Shown piece by piece: positions 19,205 through 25,891 of a stretch of 40,467 nt of DNA. The position numbers and the translations under genes were made by a program. The notes under the pieces are model-generated. The model saw only the letters and a list, made by a program, of their open reading frames with translations. It ran no database searches and was not told the origin of the DNA. Positions within the stretch are counted from its first letter, which is position 1; every line of letters starts with the position of its first letter. The stretch is from a virus. The stretch lies in UHGV virus genome UHGV-0212168; one strand, 5' to 3'.

Positions 19205-19876
19205 ATGGCAGCACCAGAAGGATATACAAAGTTAGGAAATGTTGGCTACGCAGACAAGGGGGTATACAGCGCGGATGCCACGTATAATAAGTACAATACG
19301 GTGTACCATGAGGGTAGTACCTATGTGGCGTTAAAGGATAACCTGCATGGAGTCACGCCGGCAGACGGTGCAAACTGGCGGTATATGGCCAAGGGATTCA
19401 CAGAGGCGTCAGCTGATGCTATTACCGTTATAGACACATCGGGAATCATTGACGGGACGAAGAATAAAAAAACTATCTTGCAGACCTTCCTTGATAAGGT
19501 AGGGGATTTTATTATCAATAAAGCTGTGACTAATGATGCCCTTATGCTGAAACTGGCGGATTATGTAGCAAAGACGGATATTGTGCAGGTGGAGTCCACA
19601 GCTACAAATAAGGTCCCATCCAGCGCGTACCTTAAGCAGGTAAAAGATAGCATAGATAGCAATTTAGCAGCGGCCAATGCAAAGGTGACTTTAAACGGCG
19701 TCAAGAACATTAATGGGTTTACAGCCGTATATTCCGACCGGACCGACCGGGCATTCCAGCTCTACTATGAAAACGGTGAGATTGCGTCAATCGCATTTAA
19801 CAACACCGGTATCTGGTATGATTTTTATGATGGACAAAACTGGAAACAGGTTTGGAAGTTTAATAAGCCATCATAA
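19205..19876 (+). CDS. Putative tail fibre / receptor-binding protein
   Basis: The motif YNKYNTVYHEGSTYVALKDNLHGVTPADGANWRYMAKG is characteristic of phage fibre-tip proteins. It is the last structural gene before the moron and lysis cassette. Confidence 0.45.
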   Translation: MAAPEGYTKLGNVGYADKGVYSADATYNKYNTVYHEGSTYVALKDNLHGVTPADGANWRYMAKGFTEASADAITVIDTSGIIDGTKNKKTILQTFLDKVGDFIINKAVTNDALMLKLADYVAKTDIVQVESTATNKVPSSAYLKQVKDSIDSNLAAANAKVTLNGVKNINGFTAVYSDRTDRAFQLYYENGEIASIAFNNTGIWYDFYDGQNWKQVWKFNKPS

Positions 19877-20204
19877 TAATCATTTAAGCTCCCAAGCGCC
19901 AAAAGCCGATGAGTTATCAGCAGCGATGCGCTGATATAAGGCGTTACTGATAGTAACGTATGTCTGAGAGACAAATTGATTACACACAATGCTTTTAAAA
20001 ACACCAGTCTCATTTACGGGATAATTATATGTGGTTAGATTACCCTGTACAGGATTACAGTAAAATATTATGTTGTGGTTTCTATAATCGTCAGCGTTGT
20101 TTTTACCTGACCATAGACCATCATTTTTTATAAGCAGCTTATCACCTAAATTGCTATTTTCGCTAATAAGGAGCTGTCCTTGAAACAGCAGAAAGAGAGG
20201 ATTT

Positions 20205-20699
20205 ATGAAATTTTTAGAAGCCTTAAATAATATGAAAAAGGGAATTCCAATGAAGCTTCCGTCCTGGGGCGGATTTTGGTGCTGGGACACGAATGAGGAA
20301 ACCATCGTCATGTACACAAAGGATAATCAGCGGCTTGATATACGCGAAACACAAAGGGTGGAATATACACTGAGGAATGTGATGTCGGATGAATGGGAAG
20401 TCGCCAATGGGGAAAATACACCCATCTTGGGCGGAACTGCCGCCTTTGGTTTCGGCGATGCTGTTAAATACATGAAACGCGGATTAAAAGTTAAAAGACA
20501 GGGATGGAACGGGAAAAATCAGCATATCGAACTGGCAGCTGATATCAGCTATAAAAATGCAGATGGCGAGATTGTAAACTGCTTGCATGATGCCATTGGA
20601 AACAAAGCCATTGCGTTTGTTGGCACGAGCGGCGTACAGATGGGATGGCTGGCAAGCCAGGCTGATATGCTGGCTGAGGATTGGGTGTTTGCTGAGTAA
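20205..20699 (+). CDS. Tandem DUF2829-like protein (two Tad2-like domains)
   Basis: Two internal repeats each carry the K.G..v.R..W / ..DW(E/V) pattern (KKGIPMKLPSWGG...SDEWEV and KRGLKVKRQGWNGKNQHIEL...LAEDWVF). An AGAGAGGA RBS precedes the start. A terminator follows. Confidence 0.55.
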   Translation: MKFLEALNNMKKGIPMKLPSWGGFWCWDTNEETIVMYTKDNQRLDIRETQRVEYTLRNVMSDEWEVANGENTPILGGTAAFGFGDAVKYMKRGLKVKRQGWNGKNQHIELAADISYKNADGEIVNCLHDAIGNKAIAFVGTSGVQMGWLASQADMLAEDWVFAE

Positions 20700-20748
20700 T
20701 ATTCTTGCTATTTGTGATAAGAAAAAATGAATCGTAACCTGCAAATTA

Positions 20749-20776
20749 GGTCCCTAAACCAGGGACTTATTTTATT
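20749..20776 (+). terminator. Rho-independent terminator after the DUF2829 gene
   Basis: Stem ggtccct/agggac with loop aaacc is followed by TTATTTTATT. Confidence 0.5.
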
Positions 20777-20818
20777 GCCTGGCGTCCGGCATGTCCGGCC
20801 AGGCGGAAAGGAAAATGT

Positions 20819-21229
20819 ATGAATGAAAAGATTGTATTGAAAAACGGGAAGGAGTACCCGCTGGTCATCGGCGGCACATCCTCCACGCCCAGTACGCTGA
20901 GGCTTATCTTCCAGACGATGGAGCCGCTGGAGGATATCGTGGCCGTGTTTACGGATGCGGCAGCCATAGAGCAGATTAAGACTGTCAATGAGGATGGCAG
21001 CACCCTGGCCGTGTATGATGGCTATACGGTGCTGGATAACCCAAAAAGCATTGATGACGACTATCTCATTACCCCGGAGCAGTACGGGGAGGACGGTGCC
21101 GTCACCGCCGAGGCCGTATATGGTCGTGTGGCGTTCCTGACGCTATCACAGACGGGTGTGGTCGCACAGGTGGAAAAGAATATGGCTGACATTGATTACG
21201 TGGCTATTATGGCCGGTATTGATTTATAG
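20819..21229 (+). CDS. Hypothetical protein (XkdW-equivalent position in a PBSX-like lysis cassette)
   Basis: It is 136 aa and precedes the XkdX-like, XhlA-like and holin genes. A GGAAAGGAAAA RBS precedes the start. Confidence 0.4.
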   Translation: MNEKIVLKNGKEYPLVIGGTSSTPSTLRLIFQTMEPLEDIVAVFTDAAAIEQIKTVNEDGSTLAVYDGYTVLDNPKSIDDDYLITPEQYGEDGAVTAEAVYGRVAFLTLSQTGVVAQVEKNMADIDYVAIMAGIDL

Positions 21230-21243
21230 GAGGAGGTGAGACC

Positions 21244-21378
21244 ATGGATGTGAAAAGATTGGCGCAGAAGTATTACCCAAGATTATGGGACATTGACCGG
21301 CTTAAGGCCCTGGTGGCCGCGGGGAAACTGACCGAAGCAGACTACAAGGAGATTACTGGCAAGGAGTATACAAAATAA
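21244..21378 (+). CDS. XkdX-like small protein (44 aa)
   Basis: MDVKRLAQKYYPRLWDIDRLKALVAAGKLTEADYKEITGKEYTK ends in the XkdX signature (G.iT..eYkeITG..Y). It is below the ORF-track cutoff. A TAGGAGGAGGTGAG RBS precedes the start. Confidence 0.55.
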   Translation: MDVKRLAQKYYPRLWDIDRLKALVAAGKLTEADYKEITGKEYTK

Positions 21379-21400
21379 AGGAAGGTAGGATGCAGATGTG

Positions 21401-21715
21401 ATGGAGACAGAAGTAGCTGTAAAGCTTGAAAATCATGACCAGCAGATAAAATCACTTAAACATCGGATGGAAGAACAGGAGGAGCAGAGCAAGGCAATTA
21501 ATGACCTGGTTCTGTCTGTGCAGAAGCTGGCTATCAACATGGAGCGGATGCTTAATGAGCAGACAAGCCAGAATGAAAGGCTGCAAAAGCTGGAGCAGGA
21601 ACCGGCAAAACAGTGGAGTAATATGAAACGTACCATTTTTAATACTGTAGTAGGCGCCGGAGCCGGGGCATTCGCAACAGGTGTTTTTTTAACAATGGCG
21701 CAGTATATCAAATAG
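21401..21715 (+). CDS. XhlA-like lysis-associated membrane protein
   Basis: An N-terminal coiled-coil is followed by a single C-terminal TM segment (VVGAGAGAFATGVFLTMAQYI). This is the XhlA-family architecture found upstream of holin. Confidence 0.65.
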   Translation: METEVAVKLENHDQQIKSLKHRMEEQEEQSKAINDLVLSVQKLAINMERMLNEQTSQNERLQKLEQEPAKQWSNMKRTIFNTVVGAGAGAFATGVFLTMAQYIK

Positions 21716-21732
21716 GAAAGTGAGGATATGAT

Positions 21733-21969
21733 ATGTTTAAGAATTGTGTATTTAAGGCAGATGTTGACACCGTACAGTGGGCCAAGGCGGCGGCCCGGAG
21801 AGCAATAAAGACTATGGCTCAGACCTTCGTAGCGACAGTGGGAGCAGCAACTGTTATGGGTGACGTTAACTGGACCATGGTGGCATCTGCATCCGTACTG
21901 GCCGGCATCCTGTCTATGGCCACATCCATAGCAGGCCTGCCAGAGCTGGATACCAAGGCCAGGGCCTGA
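21733..21969 (+). CDS. Holin
   Basis: It is a 78-aa protein with two hydrophobic segments and a charged C-terminus, immediately upstream of the endolysin. An AGTGAGGA RBS precedes the start. Confidence 0.6.
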   Translation: MFKNCVFKADVDTVQWAKAAARRAIKTMAQTFVATVGAATVMGDVNWTMVASASVLAGILSMATSIAGLPELDTKARA

Positions 21970-22051
21970 AAGGCGGTGGTCCGCATATTTCCCGGCCGCG
22001 GGGTTAAGCGGGAGTTGCGATATCGCAACTTGTGACGTCACAACTTTTCAT

Positions 22052-22084
22052 GGCCTGGGAGCAGTCCCGGGCCTTATTTTTTTT
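22052..22084 (+). terminator. Rho-independent terminator between the holin and endolysin genes
   Basis: A 9-bp stem (ggcctggga/tcccgggcc, one G.U) with loop gcag is followed by TTATTTTTTTT. The endolysin RBS lies 5 nt downstream. Confidence 0.55.
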
Positions 22085-22101
22085 GATTGGAGGAAAACAC
22101 T

Positions 22102-22875
22102 ATGAATAAATCAGCAACAGGGTTAATTCAGCACTGCAAGGACAAACTGGGCACACCCTACGTTTACGGCGCCAAGGGCGAGGTCCTTACGCAGGCCATC
22201 CTGGACCGCATCGCCCGGGAGAACGCAGGCACATACACATCCACCTACAAAGCCAAGGCGGCCAAGTACATAGGCCAGCGCTGCACGGACTGTTCCGGCC
22301 TCATCAGCTGGTATACGGGCATCCTACGCGGCAGCTATAACTATCATGATACGGCTGTGGAGCGGGTAGGCGTTGACCATCTGGACGAGTCCATGGTCGG
22401 TTGGGCGCTCTGGAAGCCGGGCCACATCGGGGTATACATCGGGGATGGATGGTGCATCGAGGCCAAGGGCATTAACTACGGCACCATCAAGTCCAGAGTG
22501 GCGGCCACTCCCTGGCAGAAGGCCCTTAAGCTCTGCGACATCGACTATACCCCGGTACCAGTGACATACACCCAGGGCTTCCAGCCAGCCGCAGACGGCC
22601 AGCGTTGGCGGTATCAGTTTACAGACGGCAGCTATGCGGCCAATGGCTGGTACTGGCTCCAGGAGATGGAGCGGAAGACGTGGGGCTGGTATCTGTTTGA
22701 CAGCGAGGGATATATGCTGACCGGCTATCAGGTGGACCCCGCCGGCGAGGCCTTCCTGCTCTGCCCGGTTAAGGGCAGCGACGAGGGTAAGTGTATGATT
22801 ACAGATGCCAGGGGAGCGCTCCGGATTGCGGAGGAGTACGACATGATTAACCGGCGGTACGTGTTTACGTGGTAA
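22102..22875 (+). CDS. Endolysin: NlpC/P60-family endopeptidase with C-terminal cell-wall-binding repeats
   Basis: Catalytic Cys (CTDCSGLISW) and His (GHIGVYIGDGW) residues are in P60-family spacing. The C-terminus carries aromatic GW repeats (NGWYWLQEMERKTWGWYLFDSEGYMLTGYQ). A GGAGGAAAA RBS precedes the start. Confidence 0.85.
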   Translation: MNKSATGLIQHCKDKLGTPYVYGAKGEVLTQAILDRIARENAGTYTSTYKAKAAKYIGQRCTDCSGLISWYTGILRGSYNYHDTAVERVGVDHLDESMVGWALWKPGHIGVYIGDGWCIEAKGINYGTIKSRVAATPWQKALKLCDIDYTPVPVTYTQGFQPAADGQRWRYQFTDGSYAANGWYWLQEMERKTWGWYLFDSEGYMLTGYQVDPAGEAFLLCPVKGSDEGKCMITDARGALRIAEEYDMINRRYVFTW

Positions 22876-22881
22876 GACCAT

Positions 22882-22914
22882 AAAAACGGCGGGGATTATT
22901 CCTCGCCGTTAATT
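22882..22914. terminator. Bidirectional terminator between the endolysin and the convergent zinc-finger gene
   Basis: Stem acggcgggg/cctcgccgt is flanked by an A-run on one side and a T-rich run on the other. Confidence 0.5.
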
Positions 22915-23410
22915 ACTCCCATTCTAGTAATGTCCATCCCTTCCATGAATGTGATGGTGCTTTTGGACGTTTGCCCAGTGCTGTGGCTTTGATTTTAACA
23001 AAACCGTCAAATGCTTGGCGGGGTGTGCCATCAAACAAGCCAGGATTACTTTTTATAAAATGCATGAGGTTCTGACATTCATATACTTGTCCGTCGGGAG
23101 CTTGAATGACCCAATGCTTTGCATTTGTATGTGCTTCGCCGGTGTGCTCCGCTTGAAACTGTTCTTTGCATTTCTGCCAGCGCTGGATGGATTCGGCGTA
23201 TATCCCAGTCTTATGCAGCTGCCTACGGTGAGCAGAAGAACAAGCAGGGGAACAGCACACATTATCATTGGTTGGAGGGACCTTGAAAGATTTGCCACAA
23301 ATTGGGCAGCTACGATAATGTTGTTTGTATTCCGCCTCACAGGACTTACAACAAAAGTATTTGTTTCTTTTCGGTTTATTTCTACCACATATGATACAAG
23401 TATCTAACAA
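22913..23410 (-). CDS. Zinc-finger protein with a C-terminal NUMOD4-like motif, TTG start
   Basis: The N-terminus has two CxxC...CxxC clusters. The C-terminus has W.I.APDGQVYECQNL, which is NUMOD4-like. The start is TTG with an AAGGGA RBS. No HNH motif was seen. Confidence 0.4.
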   Translation of the reverse strand: MLDTCIICGRNKPKRNKYFCCKSCEAEYKQHYRSCPICGKSFKVPPTNDNVCCSPACSSAHRRQLHKTGIYAESIQRWQKCKEQFQAEHTGEAHTNAKHWVIQAPDGQVYECQNLMHFIKSNPGLFDGTPRQAFDGFVKIKATALGKRPKAPSHSWKGWTLLEWE

Positions 23411-23423
23411 GACAACACATCCC

Positions 23424-23840
23424 TTAAAGCACCATTTTATGTATCTCTTTACCGTATTTTACATTTTCAAAAAACTTCTGGTCAATGCTTTTCGGACAGT
23501 ACTCATAATCGCTATCCTCAATGCCTAACTTACCCATTTCATCATGAATAAATTTGAAATAATCATCATGCGAAAAGACGCGAGGATCTGAAAAAACATT
23601 GTAGCTATCAGGCAACAGTTTTTCGTAGGCCAAGTCTGAAAACCTATTTAAAAGTTTTTTCATCAGACAGGGATGGATAAGCTCTTCTAACTGCCTGATA
23701 ATTAATTCTTCCGCCCAAGGAGCTGGATTCCGTTTCCCGGCTTCCCAGTCCTCAATAGTCCTGGTAGGTATTTCCAGATAAGCAGATAAATCAGATTGTG
23801 TCATTCGTGCTTTCATGCGGTATTCTTTAATTCTGTTCAT
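23424..23840 (-). CDS. HTH (XRE/MqsA-like) DNA-binding protein with a C-terminal domain of unknown function
   Basis: The N-terminus (RMKARMTQSDLSAYLEIPTRTIEDWEAGKRNPAPWAEELIIRQL) resembles the MqsA-type HTH. An AGGAGG RBS sits 5 nt before the ATG. It is tightly coupled to the upstream gene, 9 nt after its stop codon. Confidence 0.6.
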   Translation of the reverse strand: MNRIKEYRMKARMTQSDLSAYLEIPTRTIEDWEAGKRNPAPWAEELIIRQLEELIHPCLMKKLLNRFSDLAYEKLLPDSYNVFSDPRVFSHDDYFKFIHDEMGKLGIEDSDYEYCPKSIDQKFFENVKYGKEIHKMVL

Positions 23841-23849
23841 CGCGTCCTC

Positions 23850-24161
23850 CTACTTGACATGTTCAATAATATATTTTGCGTCCGTCATTTTACTCAGTTG
23901 GTCAATAAGACTCTCAATACCAGCCGTGTAACTCTGCGCATCCATTTTCCCATTTGACATCATCATTCCGGCCATTTCGTCTGTTTTGAAAACCTTTTGA
24001 GCAAGTATATCTCTTGCGTATGCTACCTGTTTCTCGGTTCCGGTCATTTCTTGTGTAAATTTGAAAGCGATAATCTTATGGAAATCAGTGCGGTCCACCA
24101 TGATATTGTATCCGTGTAATTCGCTTCTCTTTTCTTTTGTGTTCTCTGCTCTTTTCATCAT
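23850..24161 (-). CDS. Hypothetical protein (103 aa), first gene of a two-gene accessory operon
   Basis: It starts with MMKRAENTKEKRSELHG and is predicted helical. It sits directly downstream of a near-consensus promoter with an embedded inverted repeat. Confidence 0.5.
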   Translation of the reverse strand: MMKRAENTKEKRSELHGYNIMVDRTDFHKIIAFKFTQEMTGTEKQVAYARDILAQKVFKTDEMAGMMMSNGKMDAQSYTAGIESLIDQLSKMTDAKYIIEHVK

Positions 24162-24194
24162 TTTTCTGTTCCCCCGTCCTTTATTTTATATATA

Positions 24195-24223
24195 GATTAT
24201 ACCACGCAATGCGTGGAAATGCA
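24195..24223 (-). promoter_or_regulatory. Sigma70-type promoter (TTGCAT-17-TGgTATAAT) with an operator inverted repeat in the spacer
   Basis: On the minus strand the -35 is TTGCAT (24223-24218). The spacer is 17 nt and contains the IR ccacgca-a-tgcgtgg (24201-24215). The extended -10 is TGGTATAAT (24203-24195). Confidence 0.55.
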
Positions 24224-24229
24224 AGAGGA

Positions 24230-24259
24230 ATTGATAATAAATTGAAAAAATGTTATTAT
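24230..24259 (+). promoter_or_regulatory. Divergent sigma70-like promoter (TTGATA-N17/18-TATTAT) for the 24276 gene
   Basis: The hexamers lie upstream of the AGGAGG RBS and the ATG at 24276. Confidence 0.4.
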
Positions 24260-24275
24260 ATTTTTAGTAGGAGGT

Positions 24276-24506
24276 ATGGGTATGTACAAGATAGGAGACA
24301 CCTGTTATTTCTTGGAGAGTAACATCCATGTGCTGGAGGGCACTGTTCGCTCTTGTGCTGGTGGAAAGCGCGTCATACAGTATGGGAGTGGAAAGGGCAT
24401 TAGGTTGCCGGAGGGTCGGCTGTACAGGACAAGAGAAGAAGCGGAAGCCGCTACACCAAGAAAGGCAGCAGTGAGCAGAAGAAAAACACCATATGACTAT
24501 ATGTAA
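24276..24506 (+). CDS. Hypothetical small protein (76 aa)
   Basis: An AGGAGG RBS precedes the start and a strong terminator follows the stop. Confidence 0.45.
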   Translation: MGMYKIGDTCYFLESNIHVLEGTVRSCAGGKRVIQYGSGKGIRLPEGRLYRTREEAEAATPRKAAVSRRKTPYDYM

Positions 24507-24546
24507 AAGGCGGGTACCGGAATGACCGGCCCCGCCTTAATATATT
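24507..24546. terminator. Bidirectional terminator (aaggcggg...cccgcctt)
   Basis: An 8-bp outer stem carries an inner CCGG stem and is flanked by A and T runs. It separates the convergent 24276 and 24762 genes. Confidence 0.5.
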
Positions 24547-24561
24547 GTGCTTTTACTTCGC

Positions 24562-24762
24562 TTATACGGAACGACGTGTCATTATATCTGAAATGTCACA
24601 GTTCAGAATGTCACATAAACAATCCAATGTTTTGGTTGATATGGCCTTGTTATGCTTTAACCGGTATAAAGTGCTGCTGGATATATGATGTTTTGTAACA
24701 AGGCTATATCGGTTTTCTTTGGACTTCTTTAACGTTTCCCAGAAGGGCGAAAAGTCAATCAT
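24562..24762 (-). CDS. Small XRE-family HTH regulator (66 aa)
   Basis: MIDFSPFWETLKKS...ISSSTLYRLKHNKAISTKTLDCLCDILNCDISDI matches the Clostridia short XRE family. A GGGAGGTGAGG RBS precedes the start. The ATG overlaps the stop of the upstream Cys-rich gene (ATGA). Confidence 0.65.
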   Translation of the reverse strand: MIDFSPFWETLKKSKENRYSLVTKHHISSSTLYRLKHNKAISTKTLDCLCDILNCDISDIMTRRSV

Positions 24763-24950
24763 TTGCGCCTCACCTCCCGGTGACATTCTGCCCCACAGTT
24801 TTTTACAATTCCATCAATAAGCGCATCCTCCTTGACATAACAGTATCCCCCACACTCACAAGTACATTTCCATACCCTCCGGCATGTGTGGTTTTTCCAA
24901 CTCCACCTAGTGGTCAGACATCCAAAATGCATTTCTGGTATTACCTTCAT
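24759..24950 (-). CDS. Small cysteine-rich protein (63 aa) co-transcribed with the XRE regulator
   Basis: MKVIPEMHFGCLTTRWSWKNHTCRRVWKCTCECGGYCYVKEDALIDGIVKNCGAECHREVRRK contains nine Cys residues. An AAAGGAG RBS precedes the start. The 128-aa ORF-track version would overlap the divergent XRE gene, so I take the internal start. Confidence 0.45.
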   Translation of the reverse strand: MKVIPEMHFGCLTTRWSWKNHTCRRVWKCTCECGGYCYVKEDALIDGIVKNCGAECHREVRRK

Positions 24951-25052
24951 ATGTATCAGCTCCTTTAAATTTATTATATCATTGTATTTGATTTCCACAA
25001 CTGGTATATGTTTCCAGTGGTATTTCTTATATAAAGTGGTATATTCGTATTT

Positions 25053-25247
25053 ATGAAGATACTGCTTGACGAACTCATGCAAAAGAGAAAATTGACAGAA
25101 CGTCAGGTCAGCATCATGACAGGGTTGTCCCCGTCTACGGTGCATGAAATAAGGAAAGGGGCCATGCCACGGGTGGACACTCTGGAACTGCTGGCAAGAG
25201 GCTTGAAGGTGAAATTATACGACCTTCTTGAGACTGATTGCCTATAA
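25053..25247 (+). CDS. XRE-family HTH regulator (64 aa)
   Basis: LTERQVSIMTGLSPSTVHEIRKGAMPRVDTLELLARGL is a classic HTH_3 motif. It is divergent from the Cys-rich/XRE operon. A 16-bp palindrome follows the stop. Confidence 0.65.
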   Translation: MKILLDELMQKRKLTERQVSIMTGLSPSTVHEIRKGAMPRVDTLELLARGLKVKLYDLLETDCL

Positions 25248-25444
25248 AATTCAATAAGTGCTCGGAATTCCGAGCAAGGCGAAGGAAAAATTAAGTGGCT
25301 GCGTTCTCCAATCAAAGACATAAATATTTATTTTAAAAGGAGGGCACAGCTATGGTGTTTGTTAGAGGTGTAATGGATATGGATGCACGCAAATCTTTAA
25401 TATTTTTATAGGTGAATCTACCTTAATACTAAGGAGAAAATTAT

Positions 25445-25615
25445 ATGGCATATCCAATAGACGAGGACAAGTTTGTCAATATATGTATGAAAGAAATAGG
25501 CGAGCATGATGAAGTTGACGAGAAGGTGGCTCGAGCGGTTGTTACTACTCTTAATTGGGTCCAATACAAATGGGGAGATGTCAATAGAAAAGTAACTGAT
25601 ACCATGAAGCCCTAA
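25445..25615 (+). CDS. Hypothetical small acidic protein (56 aa)
   Basis: The translation is MAYPIDEDKFVNICMKEIGEHDEVDEKVARAVVTTLNWVQYKWGDVNRKVTDTMKP. An AAGGAG RBS precedes the start and a terminator follows. It is below the ORF-track cutoff. Confidence 0.4.
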   Translation: MAYPIDEDKFVNICMKEIGEHDEVDEKVARAVVTTLNWVQYKWGDVNRKVTDTMKP

Positions 25616-25648
25616 AAAAATATCTTTGTAGTGCAGAGCTACCAGCTT

Positions 25649-25684
25649 AACAGGCGGAACCATTTCGGTGCCCGCCTGTTTTGA
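25649..25684 (+). terminator. Rho-independent terminator (aacaggcgg...ccgcctgtt + TTTT)
   Basis: A 9-bp stem is followed by a short T-run after the 25445 gene. Confidence 0.45.
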
Positions 25685-25891
25685 TACTCAAATGATACTA
25701 GAATTTTTAATAGACAAAATAATTAAGACTAAAATCAATAAAAATCATACCTAATCAAGCTCAAAATACGAAAAATAGGTTGAAGAAAATCCTGGGAGCT
25801 TGTCGAACGATTATGGGAAAAAAGCCTGACATACCAATAAATACGGCATAATCAGGCTTTTTATAAGCATGGATGATACTACTTTGATACT
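25682..25891. repeat. Two pairs of TGATACT direct repeats spaced 11 bp, flanking a roughly 170-bp segment downstream of int2 (candidate attP arm-type sites)
   Basis: TGATACT occurs at 25682, 25693, 25874 and 25885. Each pair is one helical turn apart. The pairs bracket the int2 3' terminator and an AT-rich region. Confidence 0.4.
25818..25862. terminator. Bidirectional terminator downstream of int2
   Basis: Stem aaaaagcctga...tcaggcttttt has an A-run on one side and a T-run on the other. Confidence 0.5.

Noticed and set aside
19880-20317. 145-aa minus-strand ORF between the tail fibre and DUF2829 genes
   Set aside because: Its only start codon lies 113 nt inside the divergent DUF2829 gene and no alternative ATG, GTG or TTG start exists. 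I treat it as non-coding, although the 328-bp gap itself is reported as a finding.
24780-24968. 62-aa plus-strand ORF opposite the XRE/Cys-rich operon
   Set aside because: It is antisense to two genes with strong RBSs. It is proline-rich with no start context.
24759-25145. 128-aa version of the Cys-rich minus-strand ORF
   Set aside because: The N-terminal 65 codons overlap the divergent XRE gene and its promoter region. An internal ATG at 24950 with an AAAGGAG RBS gives a plausible 63-aa product, which I report instead.
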